Shown piece by piece: positions 1-10,332 of a DNA stretch of 54,507 nt. The translations under genes were made by a program, and so were the position numbers. The notes under the pieces were generated by a model. That model had not been told where the DNA came from. It saw only the letters and a program-made list of their open reading frames with translations, and did not search any database. Source of the stretch: Octopus bimaculoides (taxonomy: Eukaryota); the NCBI RefSeq assembly GCF_001194135.2, contig NC_068982.1, positions 94,851,476 through 94,905,982 of the forward strand, given 5' to 3'. Each line of letters begins with the position of its first letter. Within the stretch, counting starts at the first letter, position 1.

Positions 1-104
<104 letters not shown>

Positions 105-324
105 CTGTCTACAGTATTAGGATTGGTAATTAAAGAAAAGTTTCATCATCCATTCCTAGATATAATTAATCTGCAATTTTTTTGAAATTGACGCAGGTAT
201 GGTTTTGTAATAAAGCAGTTCGCATCGTTATACCTGTCTCTCCTCCTCTTTCTTTTGCCGGGGCATGCACATATGCATATATATGTGTATATGTGAGTGC
301 ACGCGTGTATGTGTGTTTGTATAT

Positions 325-330
325 ATAAAC

Positions 331-386
<56 letters not shown>
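325..386. repeat. (GA)n microsatellite
   Basis: Directly visible; generates the RERE/SLSL artefact ORFs 228..473 and 265..522. Confidence 0.98.
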
Positions 387-388
<2 letters not shown>

Positions 389-940
389 ATATGGGGACGA
401 ATTTGAAGATTAGCTTCGCTGCTACTCGTGGTTTATCTAAGCGTTCAATCGTTGAAGCGATAAAAAAAATCATGTTATCGGTTGTACAATCGCAGGTAGT
501 TGGAAATTTCGTATATTGGTAGTGTCGATCATTCTTCCAAATAAATAGATTTTATCACGTATATGGAGTAATTTTTGCTTTCGTTTATACCTGCAAACTT
601 CATCGTCAGATCGAACAAGAACTACGCAATAAGTGAGAAGGTAGGGCATTTGAATTACAGCTACAACGCTATGAGTTTACTCTATCCTCAGCGACCTCTT
701 TCATCGTGCCAATGTTTTTCTATTGCATCTGCTCGCTTCTGGGGTATCAGATGTTTGAATGAATAAAATCAGACCATTTTTAATCAAAGGTATGGTGTTC
801 CTCTGAATCAAGCTTTTCTTTTTATTTCAAAACGTATGTAATACTTTATATATATTGCACTCATCACAACTCAACCACAAGTTGAGTCGAGCCAAAAGAT
901 ATAGACAGCATATATGATGAAAAACTTAGTTTGTTTAGAT

Positions 941-1319
941 GCAGGAGTGGCTGTGTAGTAAGAAACTTGCTTCCCAACCACATGGTTCTAGGTTCAGTCC
1001 CTCTGCGTGGCACCATGGGCAAGTGTCTTCTACCATAGCCTCGGGCTGACCAAAGCCTTGTGAGTGGATTTGGTAGATGTGTGTGTGTGTGTGTGTGCAT
1101 GTATTTGTGCCTCTGTGTTTGTACCCCCACCATCGCTTGACAACCAATGTTGGTGTGGTTACTTAATCGTAACAAAACGGTTCGGCAAAATAGAGCAATA
1201 GAATAAGTACTAGGCTTAGAAAGAATAAGTTTTGGAGTCCATCTGTTCGACTAAAGGTGGTGCTCCAGCATGGCCGCTGTCAAAATGACAGAAACAAGCA
1301 AAAGAATAAAAGAATAAAT
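941..1319 (+). mobile_element. tRNA-derived SINE, family A (near full length, internal (TG)n)
   Basis: Pol III A/B-box-like head (GGAGTGGCTGTGTAGTAAG...GGTTCAGTCCC), 3' end GGTGCTCCAGCATGGCCGC...GAAAC plus (AAGAATA)-like tail; homologous copies at 25.1, 38.0 and 54.0 kb. Confidence 0.85.
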
Positions 1320-1459
1320 AGACAGTCCACGGCCAAACGTCGGAATGAGTTTTAAACGTTTGCTTAAATACAAAAACTACGAACTGTAGTATTGAGTTAT
1401 CCTGCAGTTCATCAGCTTATGATTGTCTCCATGACTGAACATAAAAGAACACACATTAG

Positions 1460-1465
1460 CATATA

Positions 1466-1560
<95 letters not shown>
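1460..1560. repeat. (TA)n(TG)n microsatellite
   Basis: Directly visible. Confidence 0.98.
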
Positions 1561-1563
<3 letters not shown>

Positions 1564-2896
1564 GAGATATTTTGTGTCTGTATATTTACACGTCTGTGTT
1601 TGAATGTTACGCACATACTATGGTATATTGTGACATAATGGTGTTGCTAAATTAATACATAATATCATCAGCAAGAGTGACGGCCCTGAAGTAGATACTG
1701 AAGTTTACATAACAACACAAGAAGTATTAGTGAAAGGTTTGCATCGAATCTTTTATTAAATCAAACATAGCTGACCTAATATATTTATTTTGGACGATAA
1801 AGAAATAAATGCTGTATAGGCATACAAGTAATAATAATCATTGGCATATTTGTTCATTGGAGTAAAAATTTGTATCTGGAAAAGTTAAAATTTTATATCA
1901 AGGAACACTTTCTAGCACACTCTTTACAAATGCAATCTGTAAGTGGAAGAATAAAATTATGAAAGTCTTTGCTAAGTTCAACATGTAACATTTATTGTTA
2001 TCCAAATTCCATCGTGAGAGCTTTGTTTCTTTATTAGGAACCAACATGTCTTTGTTGAAAGAATTATAAAAATTTTAAATAATACGTACACACGAACCTA
2101 TATGCAATCATTAATTTTTATTTTAGACAAACACCAAAGATTTGTCTATGCCTACAACTGTAAGCTTTTTTGATTGATATACTCCCTTTCCTTCGTTCCT
2201 TATTTTGAATCTTCATGTATTTCTCAAATGCGACAAGAATATATTTTGGCGTCAAAATTTTATTAAAGAAATCTGTATGTTTGAAATCAGAGTTACATGA
2301 TTATATAATAAAGCTTTAGAAGAGAAAGCAAGAAATCAAATCAAGGAATTTATTTTAAAAAGAATATGCGTACTTATATTCACCCTAATCCTTTATCTTT
2401 TAAATTATGCAGGAATTTGCCTTTAGTCTTCTAATGTTAATGCTTTCATCTAAATAGTTTTACTCTTATTTCTTCTAATTACACATATTTGCTAAATCTA
2501 CGGCTCTCAGTATTTCTACTATAAATAACGTTCAATAAATCCGTAGTTTTCCATTAAACAAAAGATTATATTTAACCTTTTCTTGTCTAGTTTATGATAA
2601 CCTATTTAATATTAGCACTGATTACGTAAACTTACATTATTATTATTATTTCAGAAATGCAACTGAACAGTTGGATGTACAATAAAAATAGTTGATGATC
2701 ATAGAAAAGATTACGAGAGGTAAGAAGTTTGGAATACAAAATGTATGACTTGTAAATAAACGGCAATCATCGAACAACATGTGCATTTGGATAAAATACA
2801 CTTGTTTGTAATTTAAGAACTATATAGAGAGAATCTTGTGGAAAATGATCTGCTATTCGGGAACTTTTTTCTATGTTAATTTATTTTTTTCCTCAG

Positions 2897-2944
2897 AGAA
2901 CTCATCAGATTTATATGCCTTATACAAGAAACTATGACGGAAAC
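2897..2944 (+). CDS. Candidate short exon (48 nt) of an unidentified gene
   Basis: tttttttcctcag acceptor and gtaaga donor; two frames open (RTHQIYMPYTRNYDGN or ELIRFICLIQETMTE). Confidence 0.35.
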
Positions 2945-3599
2945 GTAAGACTTTCACCATCTCTTATTTATTCGGTATCTTTTACCGATGTAGCAGGAAA
3001 ATATTAATTTGGTTTAGCATTCTATGGTGTACCATATCTAAATTAATTTGTAATACATCTACACTGTATTAGGCAGTTCTGAACACGTTCGCGATAGAAA
3101 CACCTAAATTGAATATTCTAGTCGTAAGTAGAATTATGATTGATAACAAAACGTAGAGGGAGACAATTTTCTAATAGATCTTATGCTCGTTGTGCGCTGA
3201 TTTCTATCGAATCTATTTCTCTTCTTGGCAGCTGAGACAATTTCATTTATTTGAAAACGGTTCCTTTTGCTGAGATTGATCACAGACAACAGATACAGCA
3301 AGGTCGAGAGCGAATAAAAGAAAACGTATCAAACTCTTGTAACTACAAGAGGTTGATAATTACTGAATAGATGGTAAATAAATACTGAATATGTTCCAAG
3401 CATCTATAAACTTTTTGCTATACTAATTTCACCTTACGCAATATCTTGATAATATAGAGAAAGTTATTTATGTCAAAGTAAACTATGTAATTCGCCAACG
3501 AAACTTTTCTCACTTGTCATAGTTTTAATGCATGCTTTAAAAGTATCAGCAGTTGTTTCTAATTTCCATCCTCCGCACTCTGATTCTTTCAATTTTCAG

Positions 3600-3707
3600 A
3601 CCTTTATACGCTGATCCTTACTCAAATTCAATCAGAGAAGCATCATTGTCCCTTGGGACTGATACTTCGATTAGGAGGCACCGTGTTTTCTGAATGTTCT
3701 TCGCAAT
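3600..3707 (+). CDS. Candidate exon (108 nt, phase 1-1)
   Basis: ttctttcaattttcag acceptor and gtatgt donor; one frame open: LYTLILTQIQSEKHHCPLGLILRLGGTVFSECSSQ. Confidence 0.35.
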
Positions 3708-4093
3708 GTATGTATGGAATAAAATATATCAACACATAATCGCTCTGCCATGCTCCGATACCTTTTTGATGTAATTCCAATTCTTTCAGTTCGTTCAATT
3801 TTATTCAGAGACCATACAGGATACTCCTTAGTCATGATTTTAGCGAAAAATTCTGTAAGCCACCATTACTTTTACAAATTCTTTCGTTGTTTCTTCCACT
3901 CTCCTCACAACTATCTGTTATTTCGACCTTTGCTTCGTAATAATAGCCACCCTTCTTGAAAGAAAATAGTTTTATATTGTGGTCATTTTTTGTTTATAGT
4001 TATTTGTATTGTCTTTCTTACATCTGAGATCATTTTTCAGTCTTACAGTGGGTAATATATATGTTTTCTAATTGCGATACGTCCGTCTTGTAA

Positions 4094-4440
4094 TCTCTAT
4101 ATATAAAACGGAGGATGTCTGTCTGTGTGGTGGCTGTGTGGGCTTGCGCATCACGTCAACGCCGTTTGTCCGATTTTCACTAAAAGAATTGGAATTACAT
4201 CAAAAAGGTATCGGATCATGGCAGAGCGATTATGTGTTGATATATTTTATTCCATACATACATATCGATTTTTCAAATTGTGTTTACTTTGAGCATAGGA
4301 CGGGAAACAAATGACTCAAAAAAGCATTTCTTGGCTTATCTCCGGAACCATACACCCAATTTTGCTCAAATTTGAAATAAACATGCATTAGGCTCTCAGT
4401 CACAGGTTCCACTGCCTACAGTCTATCCATATCGTCCGTG
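4094..4440 (+). mobile_element. Helitron-like non-autonomous fragment (5' end)
   Basis: Starts TCTCTATATATAAAA followed by a (TGTC)n tract and internal ccaattttgctcaaattt motifs typical of non-autonomous Helitron/HINE elements; 3' end not found. Confidence 0.5.
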
Positions 4441-4498
4441 GTGTGGAAAGTAGCCGTGAATCAGGCTTACTTCGGAAGCAATATCTTCCTTCCTTCAG

Positions 4499-4626
4499 TC
4501 GAAACTAGAGAGGGAGGTTCTGTCCTCTGGTAAATTTGCTGAAAAGGAAGGAGTGAGAATGAAAAGTATCATCTTAGAGAAAGAATTAGCACAGATGGAA
4601 GAGGTCAACCTGTCTATTCAGGATCG
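4499..4626 (+). CDS. Probable internal coding exon, coiled-coil-like (SKLEREVLSSGKFAEKEGVRMKSIILEKELAQMEEVNLSIQDR)
   Basis: cttccttccttcag acceptor, gtgagg donor, 128 nt open in phase 0 to 2, purine-rich E/K/L composition unlike the flanks; protein not recognised. Confidence 0.55.
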
Positions 4627-5265
4627 GTGAGGTTTCCTCATTGGTTACTGATTTACTGTCTCCCAACTGGGATATTTCATTTCCCTTCATTTACATTGTT
4701 CAACATTATACTATATAAAAAAATATACAGTACGGCTATATATATTAGTCTACTCTGAGTTTGACTGACAAATGTAAACCTGTTTTTATATATGTATCGA
4801 CATGGACAAAAAAGATGGGTCGGACTAATTTAAATCGGACATTCTCACTAGTACAGTATTGCACTGAAACAAAACACATTTAGTAAATCAGTAGGTTTGC
4901 ATCCAACTATTTTCCAAGAATACGTTATGCATAGGAATGTGCTTGACCGATAGTTAAAATGAATACTTGGTCATCGTTTGTATCGCAATACAAGACTGAA
5001 ACTACAGTGGCTGATCCCCTCTTTTGGTGGTAATGTGAATATCATATACAAATAAATTTGACTATTATATATAGTACTGAAATTTTGTTAGCAACAGAAT
5101 AACACTGAAACAAATCTCTATTAATGCACCTGTCATTTATTGCTGTTCATTAATCCAGACTCAGTTCTGTGTAAATCTACAGCTTTAAAATTTGACCACA
5201 TGCTTTATCAGCAGCCTTTGTGACAAATACATAAACGATTATCATTACTATTATTCCACTTCAAG

Positions 5266-5585
5266 TGATAGTATGTTGTCAAATTAATGTGACAGTCCCA
5301 TGAAAGGGAAGAATGCTACTGTTATTTAGCCCTAGGAAATACCGTTTCCTGTTGGACTTGATACATTTCCTGTGTCCTTATTTTTTGAAAGTGGAGACAA
5401 GCACCTCCACCTAGCAAAGCCAGCACCTAGAGACTGCTGGGTGGAGGTGCCTGTCTTCACTTTGAAAACATAAGGACACAGGAAATGTGTCAAGTCCAAC
5501 AAGAAACGGTGTTTCCTAAAGCTAAATAACAGAAGCATTCTTCGCCCTCATGGGATTGTCACATTAAATTGACAACATACTATCA
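5266..5585. repeat. 320-bp foldback / palindromic MITE-like element
   Basis: Arms 5266-5416 and 5435-5585 are reverse complements (about 16 mismatches in 151 nt, manual alignment) around an 18-nt loop. Confidence 0.92.
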
Positions 5586-6217
5586 ATTTATCGTGCTGCT
5601 ACTGCATAAATCTCTCTGGGATATTTAGAAATGCATTATTTCTATTATTCCACTTGTTGCACAACATTTGTTGCTGGTTATATAATAAAGGTTCCAGCGG
5701 TCCAAAACCAGTTGACTGAGATCATATATTTAATTGTCAAGCAATTTTCCAAGTATGCGAGCAGTTCCAAGGAGTGTTCTTTTCTATAATTACCCAACAC
5801 TGATGTCCCCGATTTTGTTAAGCTCATTTTCAATTAGGGTACTCACAGTAGCAAGCACCCCCAACTACAACTGGGACCACATCAACTTTATTCACTGACG
5901 ATGCTAGCGGTGCATTTCTCAATCTTCTTCAACCCTTTGTCTCAGATCTTGTCTGCTGGACAAGCCATATCTAGTATCAAACGCTGTTAGTCAAATTTGT
6001 TAATCACTATAATATCTGGCTAGCGATGTACAATTTCACGGTCACCTTGATCTCATACGTACAGATAAGAAGTTTCACAGAGTAGATGTTATTTTATAAA
6101 TGTCCAGACATTTTTTAATCCATCAAAAGTTTTTTTTATAATCTATCCAGGTTATCGATAAGTTCTTGTGGTGTTTGTTGACAATCTTCCAAGATCATTT
6201 TATTGATGAGTAGCTGA

Positions 6218-6276
6218 TCTTTACAACCATAATACCCGTCTTTACAACCATAGTACCCGTCTTTACAACCATAGTG
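6218..6276. repeat. 21-bp tandem repeat, about 2.8 copies
   Basis: TCTTTACAACCATA(A/G)TACCCG units starting at 6218, 6239 and 6260. Confidence 0.95.
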
Positions 6277-6777
6277 CATTTAAATCATTTTTGATCATTA
6301 GGGAAGATGCCATTTTCTATTAAAAAATTATAGGCGTACTCAGTCAATACAGATGTTAGTGTATTATATATTGTTGTTAAGCAGGTTATAGGTCTATAAT
6401 TTTTTCCTTCATCTCTTTCTTCATTTTTTGGAAGCAGAAATGTAACACCATTAACTAGCCAAGAGGGAATCATACTAGCTTGGTGCAAAACATTGTTGTA
6501 AAGTTTTGTTAGCAATTCAAGACTCTCTGGGAAGGCATTCAGTCAGAAGTTAGACATTTTATCCTTTCCTGGAGACTTCTATTTGCTTGATTTCCAGAGC
6601 GCAGACCTTACATCCTCTACCTTGATACCCTCCCATTTTTACTCGAAGCGGCATTTTTATTGTGCGTTTTTACTTCTGCCCAAATTTTATTCCAAAATTC
6701 TTGCACTACTTTTGATGGGACAGACTTTACTGAAACTGGCATTTTCCCTATCTACCTGTGTGTTTATAGTTTCAGCT

Positions 6778-6969
6778 TAGAGCTGCGGCCATGCTGAGGC
6801 ACCGCCGTGTGAAAGAGTACAGCAGGGTTCGCCACCATCCCCTGCCGGAGCCTCGTGGAGCTTTAGGTGTTTTCGCTCAATAATCACTCACAACGCCCGG
6901 TCTGGGAATCGAAACTGCGATCCTAAGACCACGAGTCCGCTGCCCTAACCACTGGGCCATTGCGCCTCC
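6778..6969 (-). mobile_element. tRNA-derived SINE (family C head, family A-type 3' end) nested in LINE
   Basis: Minus strand begins GGAGGCGCAATGGCCCAGTGGTTAGGGCAGC...GTTTCGATTCC (A box, D-stem, B box); head matches 24490-24571. Confidence 0.85.
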
Positions 6970-7442
6970 TAAAACTTTTGGGATTATTTTTGAACATGTT
7001 GTTGTCCTTGAAGAACCTAACACGCTGTTCATACCGTACTATGCGGGCAGCTTTAGTAGACACCTTTTGTTTGATAGTTTCTATTGTGGTATCGATATCA
7101 AGTATGGTTTTCATATACTTTTTCTTTAATTTTCGGATTTTTGTTGGTTTGATATTCTTGTCAAACTTAAGGTTTTTTCAACATTCTATGTCAGACCTAA
7201 GTAGAATTTGGTGATGAATACGCACTAACCAAATAAGCTTTTCGTGAGAATGTTGTCGTTCTCTAATTTTTTTCCCTCATAGAATCGTTGAAATTTTCGT
7301 GGTTGCATTGTACAGGCGATTGAGATTTGCAATATCAACAACATTAGCTGAAATCATATCCCTAAGTGCAAGATGGATTTTACCAATTATTTTCAGGCTT
7401 TGGTTATTATCATTATTATTGCTATTGTTGTTATTATTATTA

Positions 7443-8941
7443 CCTATATACTAATAAAATAAAACCGAAATGCGTTACGTTGTCACCTGATTATTGAATG
7501 GAAAGGTAAAGAGGGAGGGGGAAAGGAGAGAGAAGTGTTAACGATGTGAGGTAAGGAGAACTTAATAGTTATGTGATTTAAAAGTTAGTTGAAGTGTGTG
7601 ATATTGAGAAAAAAGGTTTACAAATAAAACTTTTAGCAGATGGGTGACATTCTGGTGGTGAGTTTAAAGAATGGAAAATAGAAACGAGGGAGAAAGAGAG
7701 AGTGAGGATGAGAGAAACTAGTGACATTATTGCCAACCGACGCATTAAGCTGTCATGAGATTAGTGGAAATGAAAGTTAAAAAGAAAGATAGAATGATAA
7801 CGGCGTGAAGAGAGGAATAACATGGTTAAAAAGTTTGTTGAAGTAAGAGGCAAAGAGAAAAAGAGTGAGAATATAAGGGTGTAGGAAATTTTAAACATCA
7901 TGTATTATTGTGACAGACAAGAAAAGAGTGTTTTATTTTTCAATTTTCTATATCTCCCAATGTCAATCTATTTATCCATCTATCCACATTGACAAGCACG
8001 TCGATGGCTTGAAGAAGGAAGAAGGAAGGCTTACAATAGATATGATAATAAACTTGCTATTGATAGAAAGATAAATTTTTCAATGAAAGTGATATAACTT
8101 GGCAAAATTGCTGTTGAAGTTATATTTTTAAACATTTCTTCGAATTTTGTATTGACACCAAGTAAAGTAGATAAAAGCAAACAAAAAATTGTACTAAAAT
8201 GAAACAATCTTGGTTGACATACAACTTAGACTGAACATTGCAACTGAAAATTATAATGATGGTGGTGGTAGTGGCGGTCGTTGTGGTGGTAGTGGTACTG
8301 CTGCTACTGTTGCTGGTGATATTGATGATGATGGTGGTGGAAGTGGTGGTAGTGCGTGGATAGCGAAAAGTGTAGTTTTTTTTAACTGATCGAAATCTTT
8401 TATACCACCTATCACTTAACGCATGCACATAAGTGCAATTATTTATCGTCTGATCGCTTGAAAAATGTTATTATTTTATAAACTATGGATCACAAGCTAA
8501 CAAGAGAGAGAATCAGACGGTACAGGCAACGATGTAAGGAGGAGCAGATTGTCAAATCACTAGAAAAAAGTAATGGAGAAAGTGTGTAGAAAGGAAGATA
8601 TGAATCAAAGATATAAATCAAAGCATTTACAGCAGATAAGGGAACATGTTCAAGGTAGTATATAAAATGAAATTGAGACGTAACAACATTAGTGACCTGA
8701 ATATTCTCTGCAATAACTGTGAAGCTCTTAGATTTATGAATGAACTTCTGGACTGCTAAGAGAATAGGCAAGTCGTGTCCTTCAATTTCAAACTTATCTA
8801 CAAAAACTGGAAGGTGTTTTTAAATGAAAATAATGCAGAATATACAATTTATAAAACAACACTGATTTCAGTAGCTCTATATAGACGTACAACCGTCTAA
8901 ACATTTCGTATTTTCCGTGGAATTTCCACGGGTATTGCTAG
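7443..8941 (+). mobile_element. Internally deleted Helitron derivative
   Basis: A|CCTATATACTAATAAAATAAAA 5' end; 3' hairpin CCGTGGAATTTCCACGG then CTAG|T; internal remnant ISDLNILCNNCEALRFMNE..C (8667-8759) matches the Helitron N-terminal zinc motif C..C.AL.F..E...CC. Confidence 0.7.
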
Positions 8942-8974
8942 TTGATATTATTATAACCATAAGTATGCTGTACA

Positions 8975-9150
8975 AAATACTTAGCGGCTTTTCATCCGTC
9001 TTTACGCTGTATAAGTTCAAATACCACCTGGGTCTAATTTGCCATTCATTCCTTTGGGGTCGTCGATAAAATAAGTAGCAGTTGAGCACTGGAGTCAATG
9101 TAATCGACTTGGCTCTACCCCCAAAACTGCTGGTTTTGTGACAAAACTTG
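8975..9150 (+). mobile_element. SINE family B fragment
   Basis: Homologous to the cttagcgg...cattcctttggggtcg.taaataagta...gtaatcgact core shared by many copies in the window. Confidence 0.75.
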
Positions 9151-9163
9151 AAACTGTCATCTT

Positions 9164-9164
<1 letters not shown>

Positions 9165-9210
<46 letters not shown>

Positions 9211-9225
9211 CCATCATTTTCATCA
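9165..9225. repeat. (CAT)n microsatellite
   Basis: Directly visible. Confidence 0.97.
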
Positions 9226-9654
9226 ATAATATTAATACGCTAACTTTTTGTTTTGTACGTAACTCTTCCGTGTGTCATACTTACTCCAAAGAAGTGGCAA
9301 AGCGAGAGAGAAGAGGACAGAGAGGAAGTAAGAGAGAAAGGGAGAGTGAGAGAGAAAGTGAGAGAGTGAGAGAGAAAGGGATAGAGACAGTGAGTGGTGA
9401 CGGCGTTCATTTTATGTTCTTAAATGTTTATCTCATTGTACGAGAAGTAGATACATGGATACATATATACATTGTTAAATGAAAAGCGGGAGAGAAGATG
9501 GACACAAAGGAAGTGAAAGAGAAAGAGAGAAATTGAGAGAGACAGTAGATACATAAATCCAAAGAAAAGTTCATACATAGATACATACACACAGCAAATA
9601 TTGGATGTCAATTTCACTTTTCATTACCACACGAAGATAAAATTAACTCACAAA

Positions 9655-9760
9655 TGGCTGAGTGCGCCACAGACATACATAACATTAACGTAGTTCTCAG
9701 AGAGATTCAGCCTCACACAGAATATGACAAGGCTGTACCCTTTGAAATACAGCTACAGCT
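9655..9760 (-). mobile_element. SINE family C 3' body fragment
   Basis: tggctgag..ccacagaca..ttaacgtagttct..gattcagc..acacag..tgacaaggctg matches 24247-24345. Confidence 0.75.
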
Positions 9761-10084
9761 CGAGACATATGTATATGAATGTATTTGTGTGTGTCTATAG
9801 TTTAGGTTAATTGAAACATGTTTGCAATAATAAGTGTCGCGTGGTGCAAATAAACGCAATTACCAAACTTTCATTCATAAATCCACTTATTATTTAGTTC
9901 TTTTGAATTTCAATTTGTACATTAAGGTTCTTTGAATATGTACGATGTATTTTAATATTAAATAATAATTCCGTTTACGTTGATGTAACTGAGATATTTT
10001 GGTTGGATTATATATTCATCGGTGTTACATTATTTTCTATATTTTGTAATTTTCACAATCTACTTTTCGAGGTCTGAATTATCG

Positions 10085-10225
10085 GTGGGGAGGGGGCTAG
10101 TTGATTAGGTCGACCCCAGTACACAACTGATATTTAATTTATCGACCCGGAAAGGACCAAATGCAAAGTCGATCTCGACAAAATTTGGACAACAGAACGT
10201 AAAGACAGACGGTCATAATGTGAAT
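10085..10225 (-). mobile_element. SINE family B
   Basis: Reverse complement of the family B core (tcgacccc.gta...atttatcgacccggaaagga...aaagtcga.ctcg). Confidence 0.8.
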
Positions 10226-10284
10226 ATCTGTAAACAGATACATTTTTTTTTATGTTTTCCGTGAATTTTTGACGGGTCCAGCTA

Positions 10285-10332
<48 letters not shown>

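Larger units (their letters stand above)
5690..7400 (-). mobile_element. Degenerate R4/Dong-like (REL-endonuclease) LINE, internally deleted, interrupted by a SINE
   Basis: Minus strand encodes KQKVSTKAARIVRYEQR..QN..F, RT motif NYRPITCLTTIYNTLT, YGCKDQLLINK, REL motif PDIIVINK..LILDMACPAD and C-terminal LLGTARILGKLL, with stops and frameshifts. Confidence 0.85.

Noticed and set aside
228-522. ORFs with RERE, HTHT, YIYI, poly-I, poly-N, poly-Y or poly-M tracts (many across the window)
   Set aside because: Translations of microsatellites or N-gaps; no coding evidence.
6890-6969. tRNA gene (also 24490-24571)
   Set aside because: A/B boxes and a D-stem are present, but there is no proper acceptor stem, the anticodon differs between copies and a SINE body follows; it is a SINE head.
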